This document shows positions 1-8,744 of a stretch of DNA of 64,000 nt, piece after piece. Every line of letters begins with the position of its first letter. The stretch's first letter is position 1. Under the pieces are notes generated by a model. It worked only from the letters and a program-made list of their open reading frames with translations, was not told where the DNA came from and did no database searches. The DNA is from Candidatus Poribacteria bacterium (lineage in GTDB: Bacteria > Poribacteria > WGA-4E > WGA-3G): positions 2,400,001 through 2,464,000 of the forward strand of contig OZ240248.1 in NCBI GenBank assembly GCA_965198235.1, given 5' to 3'. The translations under genes were made by a program, and so were the position numbers.

Positions 1-593
1 ATGAATCCGACGCGATATCGGGTTTCGCCTTCCGCGGGTGTAATGTCGCGTATCGTGTATTTCAGTCGCGGTGGTGAGATCTTCGGAAGTAATGATTCCA
101 TCTGCCCGAGTTGTCCCATCAGTTTCAGGATACCCGTTTTTTGAACGAGCCATCGGATACCGAGTCGCTGGTAGAGCCACATCAACTCAAAGATCAGGTC
201 CAGCCGTTCTTTGTTCGGTAGAATGTGTTTAAAGACAAGGTTCGTCCAGAATCGGTAAGTTGCTGAGCGGGGTGCGTTCTGTTCATAGATAGCGCGTGCC
301 TGTTCAAGCAGTTCTCCGAAGTGAACGCCGGAAGGGCAGGCGGTTTCACATGCACGGCAGTCTAAGCACCTATAGATATATTCTGACCATTCCTCGTTGA
401 GTGGGATGGCATCTTCATCCTTGAAGGCACTCCCCATGAGGTATAATCTACCCCTTGGTGAATCCGTTTCTAAACCTAATTCTCGATAGGTTGGACAGGT
501 TGGCAGACAAAGTCCACAGTGTGTGCAAGCATCCCACTTCTTCCAACTAAAGGTCTCTATGCCGATAAGCGGTTGTGTTTGTTGATTGGACAT
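1..593 (-). CDS. glcF: Glycolate oxidase Fe-S subunit (GlcF)-like protein, runs off window start
   Basis: Manual translation from ATG at 593: MSNQQTQ...CTHCGLCLPTCPTY...SPRGR...CLDCRACETACPSGV (two 4Fe-4S motifs typical of GlcF). Not in the ORF track because it is truncated by the window. Confidence 0.8.
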   Translation of the reverse strand, partial: MSNQQTQPLIGIETFSWKKWDACTHCGLCLPTCPTYRELGLETDSPRGRLYLMGSAFKDEDAIPLNEEWSEYIYRCLDCRACETACPSGVHFGELLEQARAIYEQNAPRSATYRFWTNLVFKHILPNKERLDLIFELMWLYQRLGIRWLVQKTGILKLMGQLGQMESLLPKISPPRLKYTIRDITPAEGETRYRVGF

Positions 594-603
594 GTTAAAT
601 TTA

Positions 604-1452
604 TTATGAAGTCGTGACCCCCTCGTTAAGACTCCCGGAACGATACCCCTGCAGGTCGAGCGCGACATGCGTATATCCGAGTGTTTTGAAGTGCATGCTG
701 ATGTCGCGACGAACGGTTTTTGAAAGCATCCGTGAGATCTCCTCTGCTTCGAGTTCAATGCGGGCGAGGTCGCCGTGGTGTCGGACACGGAATTGGCGGA
801 TGCCTAAGTCATAGAGAAATTGCTCAGCAGCATCTACCTGTCGCAGCAGTTCACGGGTGATACGCATGCCGTAAGGAAACCGTGAGGAGAGGCAGGCAAA
901 TGCGGGTTTGTCCCATGTTGGGAGGTTCCACACCTTTGAAATCTCGCGAATCTCTGCTTTCGGCAAGTTAACATCGATCAAGGGAGCTTGGATACCCATC
1001 TTCTTCGCGGCATCCATCCCTGGGCGATGGTCCCCGACATCATCCGGGATTGCGCCGTAGATAATCGTTCCCACGTCGTATTTTTCAGCGATGGGGCGTA
1101 ACTTGTCGAACAACTCGGTCTTGCAGAAAAAGCATCGGTTTGTCGGGTTGCTCGCGTAGCCTTCCAGATCCAATTCTTGCGTGTGGACGGTCTCAAAGCG
1201 GATCCCGATCTGTTTGGCGATATCTTGCGCCGCTCTCATTTCTCGGATCGGATAGGAGTCTGAAATAGCAGTAACGGCAAGAGCGTTATCACCGAGGGCG
1301 TGTTGTGCCGCCTCTGCAAGAAATGTGCTATCAACACCGCCAGAAAATGCAACGATGACTTTCTCATAAGCGTGCAAGCATGCATAGAGGTGGTCCAGCT
1401 TTGTTTGTAGGATAGGTTCAAGTTTCTGTTTTAGCATATTTCTGAATAGCAA
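604..1452 (-). CDS. larE: ATP-dependent sacrificial sulfur transferase LarE family
   Basis: PP-loop AFSGGVDS, RCFFCK, DHRPG, ACLSSRFPYG, RVRHHG, GYRSGSLN motifs. Confidence 0.9.
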   Translation of the reverse strand: MLFRNMLKQKLEPILQTKLDHLYACLHAYEKVIVAFSGGVDSTFLAEAAQHALGDNALAVTAISDSYPIREMRAAQDIAKQIGIRFETVHTQELDLEGYASNPTNRCFFCKTELFDKLRPIAEKYDVGTIIYGAIPDDVGDHRPGMDAAKKMGIQAPLIDVNLPKAEIREISKVWNLPTWDKPAFACLSSRFPYGMRITRELLRQVDAAEQFLYDLGIRQFRVRHHGDLARIELEAEEISRMLSKTVRRDISMHFKTLGYTHVALDLQGYRSGSLNEGVTTS

Positions 1453-1518
1453 GTTTCGGAAACCTATAGGTTACACCGAAATAGCCTCCGTCCGTGGCAC
1501 AGGTTGAAGTTCTCGATG

Positions 1519-2118
1519 TTAAGAGGGTCGCTGGGCGTGTTGCAGTCTCAACAATTCATCGCTCAACAAACGGCGCTTTAATCCGCTAATCCGGTCAATA
1601 AAAAGTACACCATTGAGATGATCTATTTCGTGTAGCAGAACACGCGCGAATAAGCTGGCGGTTTCAATACGGATGAGTTGACCCTGGATATTAATCCCCT
1701 CAACGACAATTCGCTCTGGACGTTTCACATCAGCGGTTACATCGGGGATACTGAGGCATCCTTCCTCAGCAACAATTTCTCCCTCAGAACTCAGAATTTC
1801 GGGGTTAAACAACACCAGAGGTTCATATTCCTCATCGTCAACTTCACCTATGTCGACGATGATGAGTCTCTTCAAAACACCGACTTGGGTCGCAGCGAGT
1901 CCAATACCGTTGCCTGTAGCTTCCAGCGTCATCAGCATCTGTTCAGCGAGCTGGAGTTCTGCATCTGTGATCTCTGCAACTGGTTTGGCTCTTTTACGAA
2001 GGACTGGGTCGCCATAGTAGCGCAGTTGCAAGGGGGCTGTCTCACGCAACACTACGGTATCTTCTTCATTCACGTCCGAGACATCGGCGTTTCTGGGCTT
2101 TTTTCTACGTTTCGGCAT
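1519..2118 (-). CDS. def: Peptide deformylase
   Basis: GIGLAATQVG, EGCLS, HEIDHLNG motifs. Confidence 0.95.
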   Translation of the reverse strand: MPKRRKKPRNADVSDVNEEDTVVLRETAPLQLRYYGDPVLRKRAKPVAEITDAELQLAEQMLMTLEATGNGIGLAATQVGVLKRLIIVDIGEVDDEEYEPLVLFNPEILSSEGEIVAEEGCLSIPDVTADVKRPERIVVEGINIQGQLIRIETASLFARVLLHEIDHLNGVLFIDRISGLKRRLLSDELLRLQHAQRPS

Positions 2119-2293
2119 GTCTTAGGAAGCTCTCCGTTTTTGGTGTATCCCCGACGAAAACAATATTTAATTATGATAGCACTTATTGCAGATTCTGTCA
2201 AGCAAAAAGTTTTTGTGTTCAGCGGTATTTATGGTAAAACCTAAAAATATGTAGACAGTTGTTCAGTGAACGCACCACTCACCCCGCTGGCGA

Positions 2294-2362
2294 GGTGTTT
2301 TTGATAGGGGTGTTTTTGCTTGGGTATTTCTGCGTATTGATAGGGTATTTCTGCGGATTTCC
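2294..2362 (+). repeat. G/T-rich modular tract, copy A, inside the loop of a GGCGAGG...CCTCGCC palindrome
   Basis: GGTGTTTTTGATAGGG GTGTTTTTGCTTGGG TATTTCTGCG TATTGATAGGG TATTTCTGCG GATTTCC; the same units recur at 5720, 50171 and 59832. Confidence 0.8.
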
Positions 2363-2658
2363 TCTAAGTATCCTCGCCTCCCCGCAGTGTGCAAGTAATT
2401 GTGGGTTTTACCATAGTTTTCAGCAATCAGGGGACAGCGGTCAGAAGAATAGCAGTCAGGTTAAAAAGTCGGAAAACCAATCTATAGAAAGCGGTGGAGG
2501 CAGTGGCGATTCGGTGTAAAGGAGTTGGGCTTGGATAGAGGCTTCAGATAGAAATCCACGCTTGTGAACGGATAAGGAGCCTCTATCCTACCTAAGCGTT
2601 AATTCGATGAAGTAATGTGTGGGAAACCGGCACAAGACCTGCCCCTACACTCGTTGTG

Positions 2659-5262
2659 CTACATTTGATGGGTCTCTATCAGTGCCGCGTTAAGGTCGTC
2701 CTTAAATTGATTTTCGTATCTCTCGTGATAGAATGAAGGGACACCGATGACGCGGTATTTGTTATTCTCTGTCAGGATTTTACTGTGGAATTCGGCACGA
2801 ATTTCCTGTAGGAATTTCTCTTTCCACCGGTCAGTGTCTGCGAGATGTTCACCTTTGGGTTCAATGAAGAGTTGGTAACTTAGGGACTCTCCATTTTTCT
2901 CGCGTAAGAACAGCACAAAATCGGGTTGAAAGGGAATGCCATCGGAGAAGTTATAGATGGAAAAATGCCCTTCGTTACGAAGCAGATAGATGTCCTCGTA
3001 GACTTTGTCTGATTCCTGAATCCATCTGTCCAGCATCTGCACGAATGCCTTTTCTTCACTCGTGCCGTAGAGGGTGTCATAAGCGAACCAGTCTCTGAGT
3101 TTGACCAGATACGCCGTGTCGCTGTCATCGGCACGCGGTGTGTCTACACTAAATTTCAAGGTTTTGTCGGTGAAAACAGCGCGGATGTGATGCTCATAAA
3201 AGTGTTGCGTGCCTTGGTATTCGGTAATCTCCTTGCGAATTTCGGATTCGATTTGACTGAGCAGCCCTTCACATGCGGACAATTTTGCGGAGCGATTCTC
3301 TTCCACGTCAGTGAGATTTCCCTTGAAGGTGATTGCTAAGCCGCCCAAATAGTTTTTGGAAGTGATAAATTCTCGGACGGATGCCAAGTGCGGGAAATAC
3401 TGGCTGAGCGAGGCGAACGTGAAAAACGGATTGCGCGCAATGGCAGATCTGACGATATTCTGTTCGATGTCAACTACCTGGACATCCCGACTGTTTTGGT
3501 GTCCCTGTTGCGCCGGCATCTCACTGTTTTCCATGACAGTCGTCACGCCGCCGGTTCCTGTATAGATGGTGTGTTCGTAGTTTTTCTGCCGGACGCTGAG
3601 TTTCGTTAAGTCCGCAAAAGATTGGACGTGTTGATAATCTTTCGGCACCTGTTTGTTGAGCCAGACAACGCCGTGTTTGTAGAGGTCGGTGTCCTTGAAC
3701 TCGGCTTTCAATTTGAGCTCGCGAGTCTCAAGGCGTTCGTCCATCATACCTTCGTCAATCAGTGCGGTGCGGATCTCGGAGATGTAGCGTGAATCGTGGA
3801 TGCTGTGGTAGTGGAGTTCTTCCAGCACGCGCAATTCACGGTCAAGGTCTTCATCAAACTTACGGCGGAACCGGTCTGTGTGGTCAGGTAGGACGAAGGG
3901 GAAATAGCGTGCGCCGCGCCCGATGAGTTGCGCCTCGGATATCGTTGTTTTTCCGATTTTGCTCTTCCCTGAGTCGCGCGCTTCATAACAACGGACGATG
4001 TCGAAGAGGTTCAATACATCCCACCCTTCGTTGAGTTTCTGCACGGCGAAGATGGCACGGATCGGATTTTTTGGGTCTTCAAGGTTGTTAAGGCGGAGCT
4101 GATACGTTTCCTTCTCATTCTCGTTGTTAACCGAGAGGCAGTGTTCCTCACGGAATGCCGATTTTAGGCGTTGGACCAATGCCTCGGTGGTGATGCCTTT
4201 TTCAGCAAAGAAACGGAATGCCTGTTGAACAACTTCGAGACTCGATTCCCGAAACTTATCAATCTGGGCGGCGGTGAGTTCATCAATCAGTTTGTGAAAG
4301 TTTGCCTTATTTTCTTGCGATTGCGCGATTGTCCGTTGTGCCTTGAATAGGATGACAGGCTTTAAATTAATGCCGTTATTCGCCGCGACCTGTTCTTTGT
4401 ACTGATTGAGAATGAGTGCCTGCAAGATGCGTGACTTCTGATCTAAATCAGAATGTACAAGTACGACCTCTTTTGAGAACTGATCCCTCCGAAAATTTAC
4501 CAAATCGTAGCGGTAGATAATTTTGTTCCGATACTTCTCCAGTATGGCAGGCGTTTCGTAATCAAGTGTGGCGGTGAATTCCATCAGTAGGTTATCTTCG
4601 TTCGCGTTAAAAATATTCTCAACTGTGTTTTCCCAACTCGGATCCTGCTTCGCCAGATCCAGTTCCAACTGCTGAGATCTGGTCTGGACGTTCATGTGGT
4701 GCGCTTCATCCGACAAGAGAACGATTTTCTTTTTCGCGAAGTCTTCAAGAGTTAAGCCGTTCTCCTTTTCCGTTGTCAGGTCCGAATGGAGTTTCTGGAT
4801 CGTTGTGAAGCAGATATTGATGGATTTCTCGTTGATTCCCTCAAAATTTTCCGCCTCTGTAACCTCAATACGCTCCCCTTCAATATGGATGTCTTCACTG
4901 AAGAGGTATTTTGAGGAACGCGGGTTGAGAAAGTTGTCCTTCGTTTTTTCAATGATATTGGTGGAGTTGACGAAAAAGAGGAAGTTGCGATAGCCTTTCT
5001 CATAGAGGTAAAGGATCAAGCCTGCCATGATGAGCGTCTTGCCGCTGCCGGTCGCCATGTTGAATAGCAGATGTAGGGGTTTTTCCTTGCCCGGAAGATC
5101 GTTATTGAAGTAGTAAATAAAACTCGCAAACGCGTCTTCTTGGTAGGGACGGAGTTCAAATGCAGGATTCAAATTTTGCGTAATGCTATCCGGCATTTCG
5201 GGTTTGGGGATCCCAAAGTTGAACGCGATTTCGAGTTGTTCATGAAGGAATTGTTCAAGCAT
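2659..5262 (-). CDS. res: Type III restriction endonuclease Res subunit (SF2 helicase + PD-(D/E)xK nuclease)
   Basis: MATGSGKT Walker A, DEAHH, LNEGWDVLN, QLIGRGAR, C-terminal FQPDF...FIEPKG. Confidence 0.9.
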   Translation of the reverse strand: MLEQFLHEQLEIAFNFGIPKPEMPDSITQNLNPAFELRPYQEDAFASFIYYFNNDLPGKEKPLHLLFNMATGSGKTLIMAGLILYLYEKGYRNFLFFVNSTNIIEKTKDNFLNPRSSKYLFSEDIHIEGERIEVTEAENFEGINEKSINICFTTIQKLHSDLTTEKENGLTLEDFAKKKIVLLSDEAHHMNVQTRSQQLELDLAKQDPSWENTVENIFNANEDNLLMEFTATLDYETPAILEKYRNKIIYRYDLVNFRRDQFSKEVVLVHSDLDQKSRILQALILNQYKEQVAANNGINLKPVILFKAQRTIAQSQENKANFHKLIDELTAAQIDKFRESSLEVVQQAFRFFAEKGITTEALVQRLKSAFREEHCLSVNNENEKETYQLRLNNLEDPKNPIRAIFAVQKLNEGWDVLNLFDIVRCYEARDSGKSKIGKTTISEAQLIGRGARYFPFVLPDHTDRFRRKFDEDLDRELRVLEELHYHSIHDSRYISEIRTALIDEGMMDERLETRELKLKAEFKDTDLYKHGVVWLNKQVPKDYQHVQSFADLTKLSVRQKNYEHTIYTGTGGVTTVMENSEMPAQQGHQNSRDVQVVDIEQNIVRSAIARNPFFTFASLSQYFPHLASVREFITSKNYLGGLAITFKGNLTDVEENRSAKLSACEGLLSQIESEIRKEITEYQGTQHFYEHHIRAVFTDKTLKFSVDTPRADDSDTAYLVKLRDWFAYDTLYGTSEEKAFVQMLDRWIQESDKVYEDIYLLRNEGHFSIYNFSDGIPFQPDFVLFLREKNGESLSYQLFIEPKGEHLADTDRWKEKFLQEIRAEFHSKILTENNKYRVIGVPSFYHERYENQFKDDLNAALIETHQM

Positions 5263-5543
5263 CGGACGGTTTCCAATTACCCTTGATCGGCATATGTTTC
5301 ATGAGAGTATCTCCTCTTCATTCCGAAAGCGACGGCTATGGATACTCATTAAGTTTACCTCTTGTTGGACGCAAAAGTCAAGTGAAAACTCAACAGGGGT
5401 GTGTAAATATTTCGGCAGCATCCCTGATGAAAGCAGTTTCAAACATGACCTTTTCTTCGGCTTGCCCGACTCGAATCCCTAAATTCCTATGGACATACCA
5501 CGCTGCTGGTGCGAGAAACTCTCTACCTATTAGAGAGTCTCTT

Positions 5544-5613
5544 TGCTCCAGCGGAGCAATATGTCTATAGAAAAAAATGGTTGGCTTCCCGCACTCCAGC
5601 GGAGTGCTATGTG
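5544..5613 (+). repeat. Bipartite palindromic element (TTGCTCCAGCGGAGCAATATGTCTATAG...GCACTCCAGCGGAGTGCTATG), left copy
   Basis: Two hairpins; reverse-complement copy at 7323-7528, degenerate copy near 7601-7627. Confidence 0.75.
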
Positions 5614-5719
5614 TCAAAGCAAATAATGAGGCATTAGAAAATGGTAAACAGATGAGTGTCAAAAACTATACACATCCCTCAACCAGAGCAATTCAATTGT
5701 CACAAATCACTTTTGTGGG

Positions 5720-5760
5720 AGGGGTGTTTTTGCTTGGGTGTTTCTCCCGATTTCTGCGGA
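5720..5760 (+). repeat. G/T-rich modular tract, copy B
   Basis: GGGGTGTTTTTGCTTGGG TGTTTCTCCC GATTTCTGCG GA. Confidence 0.7.
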
Positions 5761-5823
5761 TAGCCGCGCGTACCTATTCCCAATAATGTACTCAGGAAAC
5801 CGAAAACTGAATGACTCTGCCCC

Positions 5824-7221
5824 TCAACCGAGTATCAAGTTGTTCCAATCGGGGAATTCCCCATCTTCCAGAATCTTTATTATTGATTGCCGACACAAGT
5901 CTTGGGCTTTTGGAATAAATTCTGATGTAGCAATGCGCTCTTCTCCCTTCCTAATCTTAATCTTCTCGGGCATTGCTCCATTGTGAACAGCCTTGGAACG
6001 CAGGTCATATATTGCTTTAAACTCGTCCATTAACCTCTCCCGATCGCCTTTACATTTTCCCAAGTGCCAAGAAGCACGGAGACGGAACTGAAAAGATAAT
6101 TCGGAATTTCCATCTCTGTCTGATAGATAGAGGGATTCAAAGGCTATTCCTAAGTCAATCATTTTATCTTCGGAGGTCTGAGATGTTTTGGACTTTATCC
6201 ATCTATCAATTGCTATCTCAAATTTTCCCCTTGCTTTTTGATCAAATATTTTCAATATCTTGTATAGACGTATTGCCTCCTCTATTTCAGATTGTCCAAC
6301 TTCAACTTTACGTCCAATTGGACCTAAATACCATATTTTCCGTTCTACATCATCTGATCGGAAGACATCAACAGTAGAGAACTCCCAAAAATAATCAAAT
6401 ATAACCATGGTATTGCATGCCAATGATAATGCTTCGCAAAAAGTTTCTCTGAAATCCATTATCATTCCTTGATTGGATAATTTAATATCATCATCCTCAA
6501 CTTGAAATGGTAGGTTGACTATCTGCCCGTCGGCAATATTTGTATCTGAAGGTTTGTGAAATAGGGCATACCTTATGCGTTCAATTATAAGTAATGTTGT
6601 GCCTTTATCACGGTGTCTACGATGTCGATTGTATAAGCTATGATTAAGTTTATATTCAATATTACGTGGTAGAGGAACAAGACGTACTCGTTTATTTATC
6701 TGTATCTCTGTTTCTATTCTGATTCCCTCAAGAGATGTAGTAGAATGATATAAACTATATCTACCTTCTGGGCAACTGTCTTGATCAAAAGATAATACTG
6801 CTTTATCTAAACCGAAAGCAAGGGACATTTTTAATAAGTATTCCAAGATATCGGAGATATCGGACAAATTATAGGTCTGTGGGATGATTCGTTTTACGAG
6901 ACAAAATCCATCTTGAGTACATCCATCCACATTATATGTGGTATATCCAATCTTATTGTCCTCAATAACTTGGTTTAATTCTCTTCTAATAAATTCAAGT
7001 AAATCCGCTTTAGTTTTTTCTTTTGCGATATCTGGTTGATACAGAAGATAATAATTATTTAAGGAGTCATCACTTATTCCATAAAATTCGCATCTTTTTC
7101 GTAGTATTTCTATATATTTCTCCTTTGATATAGTACCGCTTTCAAAACGTACTCGTATAACCAAGTTATTCATTGCTTTCTGTAGCAACTGCCTTAGTTC
7201 CTGTTTTCTTTCATCAGTCAT
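5824..7221 (-). CDS. HEPN domain protein (ApeA-like), putative defence RNase
   Basis: C-terminal IDLGIAFESLY...YDLRSKAVHNG (RxxxxH HEPN motif); visibly AT-rich relative to neighbours. Start taken at ATG 7221. Confidence 0.7.
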   Translation of the reverse strand: MTDERKQELRQLLQKAMNNLVIRVRFESGTISKEKYIEILRKRCEFYGISDDSLNNYYLLYQPDIAKEKTKADLLEFIRRELNQVIEDNKIGYTTYNVDGCTQDGFCLVKRIIPQTYNLSDISDILEYLLKMSLAFGLDKAVLSFDQDSCPEGRYSLYHSTTSLEGIRIETEIQINKRVRLVPLPRNIEYKLNHSLYNRHRRHRDKGTTLLIIERIRYALFHKPSDTNIADGQIVNLPFQVEDDDIKLSNQGMIMDFRETFCEALSLACNTMVIFDYFWEFSTVDVFRSDDVERKIWYLGPIGRKVEVGQSEIEEAIRLYKILKIFDQKARGKFEIAIDRWIKSKTSQTSEDKMIDLGIAFESLYLSDRDGNSELSFQFRLRASWHLGKCKGDRERLMDEFKAIYDLRSKAVHNGAMPEKIKIRKGEERIATSEFIPKAQDLCRQSIIKILEDGEFPDWNNLILG

Positions 7222-7322
7222 TTCTTTGCCTTTCAATACAGAACGATTTATTACTCCCGGATAGAAATATGAGAAAAATTATTTGACATTATACGCATAC
7301 TAAAGTTTGGACAATTTTCAGC

Positions 7323-7528
7323 CATAGCACTCCGCATGAAGATTAACAAATAAATTGGGTAATCTTGGACTACAGGACGTGCGATGAATCGCACTACTAC
7401 GAACAGTTCTGCTTGTCATCGTGTTATTTATAACCCGTTTAGAAATTACCCGATTAAATACTTAAACTTCATCTGGAGTGCCAGGTTGCTGTAATTTACT
7501 GCTATAGACATATTGCTCCGCTGGAGCA
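7323..7528 (-). repeat. Bipartite palindromic element, right (inverted) copy, interrupted by the MITE
   Basis: CTATAGACATATTGCTCCGCTGGAGCAA at ~7502-7528 is the reverse complement of ~5544-5570. Confidence 0.75.
7336..7472. mobile_element. ~137-bp MITE-like insertion with imperfect terminal inverted repeats, inserted in a palindrome
   Basis: Left end ATGAAGATTAACAAATAAATTGGGTAAT vs right end (revcomp) ATGAAGTTTAAGTATTTAATCGGGTAAT. It splits CATAGCACTCCGC|TGGAGTGC. Confidence 0.65.
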
Positions 7529-7640
7529 ACCCCACAGTCTATCTGTTTTCGCAACATAGTTTCCAATAGGTTTAGCCATGCCAGAAGCGATACCGCCCCT
7601 CACACCAGTGGCGTGATATGTATATAGAGACTTACGCAAT

Positions 7641-7761
7641 GCGCAATAAATTGCGCTACTACGAACCGGGGTTCCCACCTGTTACTGGGAAAGGGCACTG
7701 CTTTTGAGAAACACACATCTTTCCAAGGTATATCTGTTTGTAGTAAGGCGATTCATCGCCT
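7641..7761. repeat. Pair of GTAG-type REP-like palindromes
   Basis: GCGCAATAAATTGCGC-TACTAC and GTAGTA-AGGCGATTCATCGCCT; relatives at 7379-7400, 51447-51468, 51497-51518. Confidence 0.7.
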
Positions 7762-7791
7762 GTCTGCGTAGGTCCTATATTTAAAAATTAC

Positions 7792-7820
7792 TTGACTTTT
7801 GAGGAATAATATAGTATTAT
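7792..7820 (+). promoter_or_regulatory. sigma70-type promoter for the small RNA candidate
   Basis: TTGACT (7792-7797) - 17 nt - TATTAT (7815-7820); predicted +1 at about 7827. Confidence 0.65.
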
Positions 7821-7826
7821 ATTATT

Positions 7827-7903
7827 GCCAGGGACGAAATGGCTCCATGCCACGTGATTGTTGGGCTGCGGTTCGCACAATCCTATATCCCTGGCTTTTT
7901 TTT
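7827..7903 (+). ncRNA. Structured small RNA convergent with the DUF3800 gene (DUF3800-associated RNA motif candidate)
   Basis: Closing stem GCCAGGGA/TCCCTGGC, inner stems TGGC/GCCA, GATTG/CAATC, TGCG/CGCA, followed by a T-run; promoter directly upstream. Confidence 0.65.
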
Positions 7904-8744
7904 ATTTCCTCCACCTTAAGGCTGCTGCTGTCAGAGGTTTATTTTGGGTGTAATAGACTCCATAACTGTTTTCCCGCATATCATCAATATCGTGTACAAG
8001 TCGAAAAGAATCCCATAGATATACCAAATATCGCTCCTCACCTCGCTCATAGAGTCTCTGCAATGCCCAAACAAAATAGTCAACGGCTTGCAAACTGGCA
8101 TGCTCCTTTGGTGTCAAGGCAGACACATAGGTGACAGGATTGTTGCTGCTGTCCGGTTCTTGTGTCAGAGACTCGGAGGCAGTTTCAACCAGTTTTCGCA
8201 AAGTGTCAAGTCTGTTAGATTTACCTCGTTTTGAGAAAGTAATATTATACCTACTATGCTGACTCAATCTTTCTTTGAGCAAAAAACCTGTTAGATAGTC
8301 GTAAAGTTCATTCGGATGATACCGATAAGCGGGTTCTCGTTTGTTGCGTTGGCGTACGTACTCAAGAACACTCAATTTATCGGCGACGACGGCAAAAAAG
8401 TGTAACCCCTCAGTGTCCCGTAAAATCTGAAAGACATCCCTGCGGACTTCCGGCAAATCATCTTTGGCATGGAATGCGAGTGCCGTTTTGCGCGCATCTG
8501 GTTGCATAGATGGTACATTCTTGAAATAGGAATCGCTCATCAGTTGTGTTCGCAGTTCATCGAAACGAATCTTTAATGCCGCCGGGTCTGGCACATCCAA
8601 TAAACCGAGTATGAAGAATCGGGAACATCCTTCTGTACCTACCAATGCCTTTCCTGTTCTGGAAAAGAGGGTGCTATCGCCGCCCTCGTCTACAAAATAG
8701 TGGCGGATTGAAGGAGGTGTCTTTGAGGTTTGTTTATTCTCCAT
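7902..8744 (-). CDS. DUF3800 family protein
   Basis: N-terminal YFVDEGGD, FHAKDD, C-terminal LQAVDYFVW (QxxD) pattern typical of DUF3800; start overlaps the mod stop. Confidence 0.75.
   Translation of the reverse strand: MENKQTSKTPPSIRHYFVDEGGDSTLFSRTGKALVGTEGCSRFFILGLLDVPDPAALKIRFDELRTQLMSDSYFKNVPSMQPDARKTALAFHAKDDLPEVRRDVFQILRDTEGLHFFAVVADKLSVLEYVRQRNKREPAYRYHPNELYDYLTGFLLKERLSQHSRYNITFSKRGKSNRLDTLRKLVETASESLTQEPDSSNNPVTYVSALTPKEHASLQAVDYFVWALQRLYERGEERYLVYLWDSFRLVHDIDDMRENSYGVYYTQNKPLTAAALRWRK

Noticed and set aside
5390-5662. 90-aa ORF containing THSTPLEC / YRHIAPLEQ
   Set aside because: Translation of the palindromic repeat element; no RBS or domain evidence.
7827-7895. tRNA gene (cloverleaf-like size, GGTTCG loop)
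   Set aside because: No 7-nt anticodon loop, no proper T-arm or D-arm, and no CCA; treated as a non-tRNA structured RNA.
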